Below, piece by piece: positions 27,450 through 36,684 of a DNA stretch of 39,675 nt. Position 1 is the stretch's first letter, and each line of letters opens with the position of its first letter. The DNA is from a virus. Lineage: Duplodnaviria > Caudoviricetes. The stretch is from the IMG/VR virus record IMGVR_UViG_3300009678_000097, positions 1 to 39,675 of that record; one strand, given 5' to 3'. The position numbers and the translations under genes are program-made. The notes below the pieces were generated by a model. That model was not told where the DNA came from. It did not search any database and worked only from the letters and a program-made list of their open reading frames with translations.

Positions 27450-29207
27450 ATGAGTAGTAAGACAGTAATAGGTGCAGAGTTTAGGCTGGATAGTGCAGAC
27501 GCACTAGCGAGTGTAGGTAACGTAAAGAAAGCCCTTAAAGAGGCTAACCTTGCCCTACATGCAGCACAGGCAGAGTTTGGGGAAATGTCAGCACAGGCTA
27601 TTAAAGCAGCAAAGCAGGTAGCAAACCTGAGGGACGCACTAGGGGATGCTAAAAGCCTTACAGAGGCCTTTAATCCAGATAAAAAGTTTCAGGCATGGAC
27701 TAGCGCACTAAACGGTGTGGTAGGTGGCTTTGCTGCCGTGCAGGGAGTTATGGGCTTAGTAGGTTCTGAGAGTGAGGAGGTGGAGAAAGCCCTACTAAAG
27801 GTACAGTCTGCCATGGCTATTATGCAAGGGGTGGATGCTGTTACAGATAGCATACAAGCCTTTAAAAATTTAGGGGTAGTTATCCGTGCCAGCACTATCT
27901 ACCAGACAGCACACAACGCTGTAACAGCAGTAGCAGCAGCCGTTACAAGGCTGTGGAGCAAGTCTGTGGACACTACTACAGCGTCTTTTGCTAGGCTTAA
28001 ATGGGCTATAGCAGCTACAGGTATAGGCGCTCTTTTAGTAGCTCTGTACTTTGTCATAGATGCCATGGACTTGTTTGGAGACAGCACAGAGGAGGCAGCT
28101 AAGGCGCAGGAGAAACTAAAGGCAGCAACGGAGAGCCTAAATGCCTCAATAAGCAGGCAGTTAGATTTTCTGGACAGGACAAGAAAGCTGGAGAGGTTAA
28201 GGCTGGAGGCAGCAGGAGCTACAGCAGCACAGTTAGAGATTTTTGACCAGAACACTTACAAAAAGAGACTAAAGGCAGCAGAGAGAGGCTTGCAGGATGC
28301 TATAGACGCAGGCCTGAACCTGCAAGAAGCCACTAAGGTGCTCAATGACGTAAAGGAGGCTGAGGAGGCAAGATTACTCAACAATAGCATACAAAGAAAT
28401 AAGGCAGCACATGACCAAAAGTTAAAAGACCAAGAGGAGGCACACAAGAAAGAGCTTGAAAAACTAAAAGCACAAGAAGATAAGAAAAACTTTTTAACCA
28501 GCCAGCCTGTCACAGGCTCTAGTGCTATCACGGACGCTATTAAGGCAGCAGACAAGGAGCGAAACGAGGCAGAGGACAAGAAAATAGAGGACGCTAAAGT
28601 GAAGGGTGGGCTATTTGTAGAGGTAGCACAGAACGTAGCAGGACACCTAGGTATGATTAACGGCCAAATTACACAGAATGAGGCAGATAATGCAGAGGCA
28701 GCTAAGGCTATAAGAGAGCAAGAGGTACTGCATAAGGCGCAAATGATGCAGGCAAGTGCCTCTATTATGGACAGCCTAGCAGAGCTGGCAGGACGTAACA
28801 CGGCAGCAGGTAAGGCTTTTGCCATTGCCTCTACAGTCATAAGTACGTACCAAGCTGCACAGACAGCCTATGCTAGCCAGTTCATGCCAGCACCAGACCC
28901 CTCTAGCCCTATCCGTGGTACAATAGCAGCAGCAGCCGCTATAGCTGGAGGCCTTGCACGTGTTAAAAATATTATGGCTGTAAAAGTCCCTAACGGTGGA
29001 GGAGGTGGTGGAGTTTCTATGCCCTCAGGAGGAGCTGGAGGAGGTGCGCCCCTCAGGCCTAGCTACGGCTCAGTTACCACCACGCTGGACAGGAACAGCA
29101 TTAACAACATGGGAAACGGGGCTATTAAGACCTATGTACTTGAAACGGATGTAACAAGTTCGCAGGAGCAAATTAAACGCATAAACAGAGCCGCAAGACT
29201 AGGGTAG
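27450..29207 (+). CDS. Tail tape measure protein
   Basis: Ala-rich helical protein, ATGIGALLVAL hydrophobic segment, coiled-coil centre, G-rich linker. Confidence 0.8.
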   Translation: MSSKTVIGAEFRLDSADALASVGNVKKALKEANLALHAAQAEFGEMSAQAIKAAKQVANLRDALGDAKSLTEAFNPDKKFQAWTSALNGVVGGFAAVQGVMGLVGSESEEVEKALLKVQSAMAIMQGVDAVTDSIQAFKNLGVVIRASTIYQTAHNAVTAVAAAVTRLWSKSVDTTTASFARLKWAIAATGIGALLVALYFVIDAMDLFGDSTEEAAKAQEKLKAATESLNASISRQLDFLDRTRKLERLRLEAAGATAAQLEIFDQNTYKKRLKAAERGLQDAIDAGLNLQEATKVLNDVKEAEEARLLNNSIQRNKAAHDQKLKDQEEAHKKELEKLKAQEDKKNFLTSQPVTGSSAITDAIKAADKERNEAEDKKIEDAKVKGGLFVEVAQNVAGHLGMINGQITQNEADNAEAAKAIREQEVLHKAQMMQASASIMDSLAELAGRNTAAGKAFAIASTVISTYQAAQTAYASQFMPAPDPSSPIRGTIAAAAAIAGGLARVKNIMAVKVPNGGGGGGVSMPSGGAGGGAPLRPSYGSVTTTLDRNSINNMGNGAIKTYVLETDVTSSQEQIKRINRAARLG

Positions 29208-29246
29208 TCCACGTGGCGTAATAACTAAAAATTATATTTAAAGAGT

Positions 29247-29858
29247 ATGAAAGATTTACCGGTTTACTTAATACAGATTAACGAGGACGAGGGAAGTGAT
29301 TTAGAGGTGGATGCCGTGGCCATAGTGGACAGGCCAGCAGTAAAGAGGCATTTCCTTGCCTTTGACGAGCAAGAGGCTAGAATAGCCTTTAAAGTGGCTA
29401 ATACGGACAGGAGAATTATTAGCGGGGTAGCTATACTGGCAGATACCCCTATTTACAGGAAAGACGAGAATGGGAAAGAGTACTACACGGTGTTTAACAA
29501 GGAGACAATAGAGAAGATAGTGCAGAAATTCCATAAGAAGGGCTACCAAAAGAGTGTGAATGCTATGCACGACAAGGCGCAGGCAACCACAGAGGTGGTG
29601 GTGTTTGAGAGTTTCATATCGGATAATTCCAGAGGCATTAGGCCAATGGTAGGCTTTGAGGATGCACCAGAGGGTAGCTGGTTTATATCCATGCTAGTGG
29701 AAGATGACGAACTATGGCAGCGAGTAAAGGACGGAGACCTAAAGGGCTTTTCTGTGGAGGGCTTGTTTTCTTTTGCACGGGCAGGCAGTAAAGCTGTCTA
29801 CTCAGACGAGGAGAGCCTAGAGGAAATTATCCGATTGCTAGCCCAATTTGAGGGTTGA
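29247..29858 (+). CDS. Prohead protease (XkdF-like serine protease)
   Basis: VDRPA, IYR, N.MH, ESF, G.W, W..VK.G.LKGFSVEG. Confidence 0.85.
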   Translation: MKDLPVYLIQINEDEGSDLEVDAVAIVDRPAVKRHFLAFDEQEARIAFKVANTDRRIISGVAILADTPIYRKDENGKEYYTVFNKETIEKIVQKFHKKGYQKSVNAMHDKAQATTEVVVFESFISDNSRGIRPMVGFEDAPEGSWFISMLVEDDELWQRVKDGDLKGFSVEGLFSFARAGSKAVYSDEESLEEIIRLLAQFEG

Positions 29859-30023
29859 TATAACACATATTTATAATAGAATGAAAGCCGCTACAGTACT
29901 GCACTTAGCGGTTTTTGTTTTTCAATTCTCCACATACGAAGACTTACGTAGATAAATAATCCCCAAAAAGAGCACACCTAACTACTATGAGCTGCAATGT
30001 GTTACAAAGGTAGGCGACACGCC

Positions 30024-30132
30024 AAGCAATCGCAAGACAACTCCGAAGCAATCGCAAGACAACTCCGAAGCAATACAATTAAAGAAGGGTTAAGAAGGTA
30101 AAGAAGGTAAAGAAAGTAAAGAAGTATAATAC
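30024..30132 (+). repeat. Orphan origin-like repeat array
   Basis: (AAGCAATCGCA AGACAACTCCG)x2 + AAGCAATACAA, then five TAAAGAAGG-like units ending ATAATAC. Confidence 0.85.
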
Positions 30133-30233
30133 TGTGATTTTCCATTCAAGCAAAGCCTAGTGCATGAAACCCTTACCCAAATTGCACGGCTTACACATAA
30201 AAATATTTACTGCTTTAAACCCAAAATCATTTC

Positions 30234-30734
30234 ATGACTAAAAACGCAAAAGAAGTAATTGCAGAAATTCGGAAACTGATTTTTGGTGAAGCACAACCAG
30301 AGGTAGCCCCTGTGGAGTCATTAGAAGCTCATAGCGAGCCTAACGCACCTGAGGCAGTAGAATTAGCTAGCCAAGAACCAGAGGCCGTAGAATCGCCTGA
30401 GATTGCCCCACAGCCTAGCCAAGAGTTTGGCAGCATCGAAGACCAACTTTTAAACCTACGCAAGCAGGTAGAGGTATTGTCTGAGTTTGCTCAACTAAAG
30501 CAGCAGGTAGACTACCTGAGCGGATGGGCTAAAGGTCAAATGTCAGTTAATGAAAACTACAAAGCAGCTTTTGAGCAGCTTTTGCCTGTAGTGGAAGCAA
30601 TGGCAGACAGTCCTACAGCAGACCCCGTGCACACACCAAGAGAAAAGTATTCTGAAGTATTAAACGCAGCCTCTAAAGACAGGGCAGCAAATTTTTTAAC
30701 CTCTATCCGTGCAGCAAGAGCAGCACAAAAGTAA
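30234..30734 (+). CDS. Capsid scaffolding protein
   Basis: Acidic P/E-rich N-half plus coiled coil; between protease and capsid genes. Confidence 0.7.
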   Translation: MTKNAKEVIAEIRKLIFGEAQPEVAPVESLEAHSEPNAPEAVELASQEPEAVESPEIAPQPSQEFGSIEDQLLNLRKQVEVLSEFAQLKQQVDYLSGWAKGQMSVNENYKAAFEQLLPVVEAMADSPTADPVHTPREKYSEVLNAASKDRAANFLTSIRAARAAQK

Positions 30735-30754
30735 AAACCCCCCATTAAAAAACT

Positions 30755-31717
30755 ATGAGTTTTTCAGTAGCAACATTGGCGGCTTATGTAAAAGACAATA
30801 GCGATATTCTCTTAACTAAGACCGTATTAAGCCCTAAGACGGCAAAATTAATTGAGGCAGGCGGCACAGTTTTGACTGGCGTAAAATCCTCAGAGAGAAT
30901 TGGCATTTTTGACACAGACGCAGTATTTCAAGCAGGAGCTTGTGGATTTACTCCCTCAGGAACTACCGCTATTACTCAGCGTAGTGTAACTGTAGGTGAT
31001 ATTAAAATCGAGGAGAGCCTGTGCTATAAGACTTTGGAAGCAAAGTACACGCAGAAAATGCTCACAGCAGGTGTTTTGTATGATAATCCTACTGACTTTA
31101 ATTTCTACCAGCTTTGGGTAGACTTGAAGATAGCAGCAGCCTCCCGTGCATTGGACGTAGCTATTTGGCAAGGTGACACAGGTAGTGGTACTGCAAACCT
31201 TAACAAGTTTGACGGTTTTATTAAGCAGATTGTAGCAGCCTCAGACGAGCTGGACGCTAACGCTACCCCTTACATTGCTACCCCTATTACAGCAGTAGCA
31301 GGCATTACCTCCTCTAACGTCATTGCAGCATTGCAGGCAGTAGTTAAGAGAACAGCTACAGAGGTTAAGCAAAGTGCAGACTTCCGTGTGTTCATCGGTT
31401 ATGATGTTCTGGAGTCTTACACCCTTGCCTTGCAAGCAGCTAACCTGTACCACTACAAGCCTGAGAACAGCGAGGAAATTACTATTGTAGGCACAAACGT
31501 GAAAGCAGTAGCAGTAGCGGGTTTATCAGCAGCTACAGGTATGTTCGGTATGCGTCTTTCAAACATGGTTGTAGGTACAGACCTTTTGTCTGACCAAACA
31601 CAGGTGGAAGTATGGTACGACAAAGCAGACCAAGCGGTAAATTATCGTAATGCTTTTAAATACGGTGTAGGCATTGCCTTTACCAATGAAGTAACCAAAT
31701 TTATTCCTACTCCTTAA
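30755..31717 (+). CDS. Major capsid protein
   Basis: 320 aa after the scaffold; C.FTPSG, IWQGDT, FDG motifs; followed by a terminator. Confidence 0.85.
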   Translation: MSFSVATLAAYVKDNSDILLTKTVLSPKTAKLIEAGGTVLTGVKSSERIGIFDTDAVFQAGACGFTPSGTTAITQRSVTVGDIKIEESLCYKTLEAKYTQKMLTAGVLYDNPTDFNFYQLWVDLKIAAASRALDVAIWQGDTGSGTANLNKFDGFIKQIVAASDELDANATPYIATPITAVAGITSSNVIAALQAVVKRTATEVKQSADFRVFIGYDVLESYTLALQAANLYHYKPENSEEITIVGTNVKAVAVAGLSAATGMFGMRLSNMVVGTDLLSDQTQVEVWYDKADQAVNYRNAFKYGVGIAFTNEVTKFIPTP

Positions 31718-31746
31718 TCTGGAGCTTAGGTAATTGAATAACCAAG

Positions 31747-31780
31747 GAGAGCCAGCCTAGCAATGGCTGGCTTTCTTTTT
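31747..31780 (+). terminator. Intrinsic terminator
   Basis: GAGAGCCAGCC-TAGCAAT-GGCTGGCTTTC + T5. Confidence 0.8.
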
Positions 31781-31796
31781 AAAACTAAGTAAAATT

Positions 31797-32321
31797 ATGG
31801 CATGTGTATTGACCACAGATTTAAACATTGACTGTAGAGACAGCATGGGCGGCTTGCGTAACATTTACGTCATGGAGTTTGCTAATGCAGAGACTATCAC
31901 AGTCACAGCAGGTGTAGTAACCGCTATTGAGAAAGCCCTAGGTAAAAAGTTCTGGAAGTACCAGCTACCAAGGGAGACAGGGGTATTATCCTCTCCAATT
32001 AATCCAGACGAGAAAAACGGCAGCTTATTCTTTACCCACGAGGTTAAGATTGCAATAAACAAGCTGACTAGCCAAATAAGGAATGAAATTTTATTGCTTG
32101 CTAAAAACCGTTTGCTTATTGTTGGTGAAGACATGAACGGAGTCTACTGGCTAGTAGGTAGGCAAGGTGGTATGATGGTCTCTGGTGGTAACGGTGGTTC
32201 AACTGGAACAGCAGCAGGAGACCGCAACGGGGCAGAGCTGGAGTTTAGTGGTGTTGAGCCTGAGAACCAGATAGAAGTAGACGCAGCCACAGCAGCCACA
32301 CTGCAAACAGCAGGGGTATAG
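31797..32321 (+). CDS. Major tail tube protein
   Basis: MAC......CRDSMGG..IY, ED.NG.YW..G, G....D.NG..L.F. Confidence 0.7.
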   Translation: MACVLTTDLNIDCRDSMGGLRNIYVMEFANAETITVTAGVVTAIEKALGKKFWKYQLPRETGVLSSPINPDEKNGSLFFTHEVKIAINKLTSQIRNEILLLAKNRLLIVGEDMNGVYWLVGRQGGMMVSGGNGGSTGTAAGDRNGAELEFSGVEPENQIEVDAATAATLQTAGV

Positions 32322-32348
32322 TGATAATTGTTTTGTGTGTTTTTGTGT

Positions 32349-32379
32349 AGAGGGAGACCCCGTAGGTCTCTCTTTTTTT
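32349..32379 (+). terminator. Intrinsic terminator
   Basis: AGAGGGAGACC-CCGTA-GGTCTCTC + T7. Confidence 0.8.
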
Positions 32380-32410
32380 ATGCCCCTACTCCACGTGGCA
32401 AAAGAAAGTT

Positions 32411-32504
32411 TAAAAATAGTTTGCAAAAAGTTTGGTAGTAATGCAAACAGTACTATATTTGCATTACAGAAACACACACACAAACACAAACAAACACTTT
32501 TTTT
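32411..32504 (+). promoter_or_regulatory. Repeated host-sigma promoter cassette, copy C
   Basis: TAAAAATAGTTTGCAAAAAGTTTGG ... TATATTTGCA (32454-) + long CA-rich leader. Confidence 0.85.
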
Positions 32505-33752
32505 ATGACTACCTCTACTTTTACTCAGACACAAGTACAAGCCCTGAAACAAGCCTATGAGACTTTTGTAGCCAATGGCACTACACGCACATTTATGGCA
32601 ACTATGCAGGATGCACTAGGGGCTGAGTGGTTTAGTGCACGTGGTATCTCCGAAAAGTTCGGGAAGGACTACAGGTATTTTTTGAAAGACTTTTTTGCTA
32701 CAGAGGGGCAGTATGCTATATCTAACTACTTCAGCTCTACCCTTATTGGGTATGCTATAGAGGCTCTACAGGCAAAGCTGGAGGTAGTAAAGGTAGCTCC
32801 AGTAGCTCAGGTTACAAAGGTAGAGGGCGGCAAGAATGACCTCCTTACAGCTACTATGCAAATGTTACTGCCTATTCAGCAGATGATAGACACCAGAGTG
32901 ACTGACTACCTAGAGAATGAGAGCGGATTACTTGCCCACGTAGACGAGAAGATAAAAGCAGAGGCTCAAAAGTTAGTACCTACTATGATAACCATAGGGG
33001 AAAGGCCTACAGTAACTATGACAGGCAAGCTGCACATGGCTTTTGAGAAAGCTCTTAGACGTGCAAACACACTCAAACAAATTTATGTTTCTGGAGAGGC
33101 TGGCACAGGTAAGACTACCCTAGCAAGCCAAATAGCTACAGCTATGGGCTTAGAGTTTGCACACATAAGCTGTACCATGGGCATGTCAGAGGCACACCTT
33201 TTGGGACGCATGGACGCACACGGTAACTACCTCTCCTCAGATTTTGTACGTATCTATGAGAACGGGGGAGTATTTCTGCTAGACGAGGTAGACGCAGCAG
33301 ACAGCAATACCCTGCTTATTATTAACTCAGCTCTGGCTAACGGACACATGGCTGTGCCTAACAGGGTAAAAGCTCCACGTGCAGCAAGACATAAAGATTT
33401 TATTTGTGTGGCAGCAGCTAACACATGGGGCTTTGGCTCAAACGACTTTGTAGGCAGGAACGTACTGGACGCAGCATTTTTAGACAGGTTTGCTATGGGT
33501 AAGCTGACCATTAGCTATGACACCAAGCTGGAGCAGGATATTAGTAAAGACTTTCCAGAAATGGCTATAGCTATTCACGCTATCCGTGCAAACGTGGTTT
33601 CTAACAGGATTAAGAGAGCTGTAAGCACTAGGGCTATAGTTGATGGGGTAAAGCTCAGAATGGCAGGAGACAGCCACGCAGAGGTGCTGGAGACGTTTAT
33701 GACAGGCTGGACACCAGAGGAGAAAAAGAAAGCCATGCAGGGGGTTAAATAA
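32505..33752 (+). CDS. MoxR/CbbQ/CobS-like AAA+ ATPase (AAA_5)
   Basis: Walker A GEAGTGKT, Walker B LLDEVD, AANT, LDAAFLDRF, sensor-2 STR. Confidence 0.9.
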   Translation: MTTSTFTQTQVQALKQAYETFVANGTTRTFMATMQDALGAEWFSARGISEKFGKDYRYFLKDFFATEGQYAISNYFSSTLIGYAIEALQAKLEVVKVAPVAQVTKVEGGKNDLLTATMQMLLPIQQMIDTRVTDYLENESGLLAHVDEKIKAEAQKLVPTMITIGERPTVTMTGKLHMAFEKALRRANTLKQIYVSGEAGTGKTTLASQIATAMGLEFAHISCTMGMSEAHLLGRMDAHGNYLSSDFVRIYENGGVFLLDEVDAADSNTLLIINSALANGHMAVPNRVKAPRAARHKDFICVAAANTWGFGSNDFVGRNVLDAAFLDRFAMGKLTISYDTKLEQDISKDFPEMAIAIHAIRANVVSNRIKRAVSTRAIVDGVKLRMAGDSHAEVLETFMTGWTPEEKKKAMQGVK

Positions 33753-33771
33753 CCCCTCCCTAAAACTTTTT

Positions 33772-33839
33772 TAAAAATACTTTGAATAAAGTTTGGTGGT
33801 AAAATACTTTCACCTATATTTGCAATACAAACAAACACA
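33772..33839 (+). promoter_or_regulatory. Repeated host-sigma promoter cassette, copy D
   Basis: TAAAAATACTTTGAATAAAGTTTGG ... TATATTTGCAATACAAACAAACACA. Confidence 0.85.
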
Positions 33840-34031
33840 ATGACACAGACAAACACCCCGACAAATAACCCCTACATTGGCTGGACATTAGCAAACCTGA
33901 CAGTAAGGCTAGCTAAAGAGACAGCGTGGTACAATGACATGCACAAGAGTAATAAACTGTCAGCCTCTGGTAAGTCAATAAGGAGAGATATAAAGCAGAT
34001 TAAGGAGGCAATACAGTTAAAAAGTAAATAA
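33840..34031 (+). CDS. Hypothetical protein
   Basis: 63 aa ORF between promoter D and a hairpin linker. Confidence 0.65.
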   Translation: MTQTNTPTNNPYIGWTLANLTVRLAKETAWYNDMHKSNKLSASGKSIRRDIKQIKEAIQLKSK

Positions 34032-34071
34032 CCCACAGGGGAGGGTAACACCTCCCCACAAAATAAACCAC

Positions 34072-35019
34072 ATGCAAAACGTAAATTTAACCGGCTGGAA
34101 AGAGTGGACTAGAAAGCCTGTAAAAAAAGAGGAGCTTATTAACTGGACAGCTTACGAGAAAGGAAACAGCAGGCTGGTTATGTGGGACAGTTCAGCAGAC
34201 TTTATAGAGTGCTGGAGGCAGAACGGGGAGAATAAGAGCTGGCAGCATCCGCTCTCAGGCAGGGACAGCAGGAGCTTGTGGGCATACGGTGAAGACTACA
34301 AGACGCTAGAGAACACGCTGGAGGCTCTGGAGAATGGGCAGATACTAGACAAGTACATAGATAAAGTAGGGGAGGCAAAGAGCGAACTATTTAAGCATTG
34401 CCCACAGCTAGAGAACCTGCAAACTGTAGCCATGAGTAAGCGCAGGAGACGCAAGTACGCAGAGGAGGGGGCAGAGCTGGATATAGACAGGTATATGTGT
34501 GCAGACCCCGCTATGTGGGTATCCTGCCCTCCCTCAGAGATACGCAAGAGGAGCGCACGTATCTACATAGACGTATGGGGCACGTGTGGTACTACCTTTC
34601 AGACCTTCATAAACAGCATAGTGTTTGCAGCAGCTATGGCAGACATAATAGAGGCAGCAGGCATAACGCTGGAGATAGTGGTAGGGACTACAGCTACAAA
34701 CTTTTGGGAGGGCAAAGGAGCATGTACTATAGCCTTTCCAGTAAAGCAGGCAAACGAGCCTATGGACATTAGCAAGCTCCTTACATTTGGCATCTCAGGC
34801 TTTCTACGTGGCCTGTGCTTTGACACCTACCACGGAATAGACGCAGAAAATTGGGACAGTTCATGCGGTACGTTAATCTATGGGGGGCTAGAGGGAGCTG
34901 CCAGCTTAGAACCATTGGAGGCAGACATAGTGATGAAGGGAGGAGATGCTTACACAAACCCTGACAAGGTGCAAATGATAGTGGGAAAGATAAAAACTTT
35001 ACTTAATATAACTGATTAA
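34072..35019 (+). CDS. Putative VWA/CobT-like partner of the AAA+ ATPase
   Basis: G.ELDIDRY helix, strand RIYIDVWGTCGT, then helix and IE.AG..LEI; adjacent to a MoxR-type ATPase. Confidence 0.6.
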   Translation: MQNVNLTGWKEWTRKPVKKEELINWTAYEKGNSRLVMWDSSADFIECWRQNGENKSWQHPLSGRDSRSLWAYGEDYKTLENTLEALENGQILDKYIDKVGEAKSELFKHCPQLENLQTVAMSKRRRRKYAEEGAELDIDRYMCADPAMWVSCPPSEIRKRSARIYIDVWGTCGTTFQTFINSIVFAAAMADIIEAAGITLEIVVGTTATNFWEGKGACTIAFPVKQANEPMDISKLLTFGISGFLRGLCFDTYHGIDAENWDSSCGTLIYGGLEGAASLEPLEADIVMKGGDAYTNPDKVQMIVGKIKTLLNITD

Positions 35020-35040
35020 TTTCGAGTGTTTGAGTGTTTC

Positions 35041-35079
35041 AGGGGTGGCCTTTTCAGGTCTGCCCCTCTTTTTTTTTTT
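35041..35079 (+). terminator. Intrinsic terminator
   Basis: AGGGGTGGCC...GGTCTGCCCCT + long T-run. Confidence 0.75.
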
Positions 35080-35146
35080 AAATAGTTTGCAAAAAGTTTG
35101 GTGATAACATACAAAGCACTATATTTGCAATACAAACAAACACAGT
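35080..35146 (+). promoter_or_regulatory. Repeated host-sigma promoter cassette, copy E
   Basis: AAATAGTTTGCAAAAAGTTTGG ... TATATTTGCAATACAAACAAACACA. Confidence 0.85.
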
Positions 35147-35440
35147 ATGAAAAAAATCACCCTTACCACAGTCAAGAGTTTCTTAAAGAAAAACAAAGGA
35201 GCTATCTACATTAACGTAAAGTCTAGCTTTGACGGCATGACAGACGGATGCGAAATGCAGACTAAAGGCTTTAAACTGGCGCAGGCGGCAGAGCAGAACT
35301 TTTCAGACACCTTAGGCATAGAGGGTGCATGGTTCGTGGGTAGCAGCCGTGACTACTTTACAGCCTACGAGTGTGGACAGTTTACCGGAATTGAGGTCTA
35401 TAACTCTTGCGGAAAGTTCATCTTAGCCGTTCAAAAGTAA
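35147..35440 (+). CDS. Hypothetical protein
   Basis: 97 aa; SSFDGMTDG, G.WFVGSSRDY, V.NSCG; ATG at the end of leader E. Confidence 0.75.
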   Translation: MKKITLTTVKSFLKKNKGAIYINVKSSFDGMTDGCEMQTKGFKLAQAAEQNFSDTLGIEGAWFVGSSRDYFTAYECGQFTGIEVYNSCGKFILAVQK

Positions 35441-35494
35441 CCACGTGGGCAAGCCTCCTCCAGAGCGGGGAGGTAGCCCTTTAAAAATAGTAAC

Positions 35495-35767
35495 ATGAAA
35501 AACAAGACACGGATAACCTCCACAGGTGGCAGCTACTTTGACAGCGTTATTGATGACACGGTATTTTTTACCGTGGAGACTAACCCTAGTGGAGACCATG
35601 AGTTCCCTAAAGGCGGCACTACGCTATGGATAACCACGTCCGATAGTTGCGGACTAAGGGAAACGCTTTCTGGCAATACCCACTACAAGCACAATGGCTT
35701 CCACAATGCCCCACGTGTGAAACCTCTGACCGTTAAGGAGTTAATAAAGGAGCTTTTAAATATTTAA
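35495..35767 (+). CDS. Hypothetical protein
   Basis: 90 aa ORF after a hairpin linker. Confidence 0.6.
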   Translation: MKNKTRITSTGGSYFDSVIDDTVFFTVETNPSGDHEFPKGGTTLWITTSDSCGLRETLSGNTHYKHNGFHNAPRVKPLTVKELIKELLNI

Positions 35768-35830
35768 AAATAGTTTGCAAAAAGTTTGTAAAATGTTTGG
35801 TAGTTCAAATAAAAGCATTACCTTTACACC
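35765..35830 (+). promoter_or_regulatory. Repeated promoter cassette, variant copy F
   Basis: TAAAAATAGTTTGCAAAAAGTTTGTAAAATGTTTGG ... TACCTTTA. Confidence 0.7.
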
Positions 35831-36259
35831 ATGACACACACAAACACACACAGCAGTAATACTTGCCCTAAATGCGGAGGAGCTGGTACTTTAGACTGGA
35901 CTAGCCAAGACGGTGGAGTATGTTACAAATGTGAGGGTAAGGGCTATATAGGCGAAATGCCTGCAGGCTTTGTAAAGTGCAGCACTAAGGAAATTAGAGA
36001 GGCAGCTAAGGAGCTGGTAAAGGTGGGTGTTTATAACTTAAAACAAAAAGACAGCACGTTTAGGTGTTACCCAACCTATGAAATGGATGCAGATACCATT
36101 AAGGAGCTTGTCGAGAGGGGTAAGGTGTTTAGATTCAAGTATAGTAATTATTTTTTAACTGTGCCAGACATGAGCATAACCTTTGGCGGAGATAGTGAGT
36201 ACTGCTACAACTTAATAGTTGGTGGGGAGTTTTTGGAAATTAAACCAATAAAAAAGTAA
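35831..36259 (+). CDS. DnaJ-type zinc-finger (CxxCxGxG) protein
   Basis: CPKCGGAG ... GGVCYKCEGKG. Confidence 0.75.
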   Translation: MTHTNTHSSNTCPKCGGAGTLDWTSQDGGVCYKCEGKGYIGEMPAGFVKCSTKEIREAAKELVKVGVYNLKQKDSTFRCYPTYEMDADTIKELVERGKVFRFKYSNYFLTVPDMSITFGGDSEYCYNLIVGGEFLEIKPIKK

Positions 36260-36308
36260 ACCACACGAGAGCTGCCCACAGGTGTGGCTCTCCTTTAATT
36301 AAAAGCAA

Positions 36309-36560
36309 ATGAGAAACGCAGCAGACATAAGAGAAAGGCCTAAGGACATGGTAAGGCTCATTATGAGCAACCACAGGGACGGCACACTAATTACCACAGA
36401 CATAGCCATAACCCACCTGCTTTACTTTGACGGGGAGCAGGAGGTGTTAGCCCCGCAATGGATGCAGAGAGGGCTACTGCAAAAGTGGATTATAGAGAAA
36501 GGAAACAGGCTCTACAGGACGCAGTTAGAGCTAGTTAGTTGGCATGAGATATATTACTAA
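36309..36560 (+). CDS. Hypothetical protein
   Basis: 83 aa ORF after a hairpin linker. Confidence 0.6.
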   Translation: MRNAADIRERPKDMVRLIMSNHRDGTLITTDIAITHLLYFDGEQEVLAPQWMQRGLLQKWIIEKGNRLYRTQLELVSWHEIYY

Positions 36561-36561
36561 T

Positions 36562-36684
36562 ATGAACAAGGATATAAAGTATAGCCAGCACGAGAGGGTG
36601 CAGGCTCAGATACGCAGGCAAGAAAAGCGCCACAAGAAAGAAAGGCAGGCAGCTCTTGCACGGAAAGCAAGAAAGCCTATTTAG
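36562..36684 (+). CDS. Small basic protein (40 aa), not in the ORF track
   Basis: MNKDIKYSQHERVQAQIRRQEKRHKKERQAALARKARKPI; ATG 1 nt after the previous stop. Confidence 0.5.
   Translation: MNKDIKYSQHERVQAQIRRQEKRHKKERQAALARKARKPI

Noticed and set aside
30024-30074. 22-bp direct repeats as a CRISPR mini-array
   Set aside because: The units are contiguous with no spacers and no cas genes are present; they match the origin architecture instead
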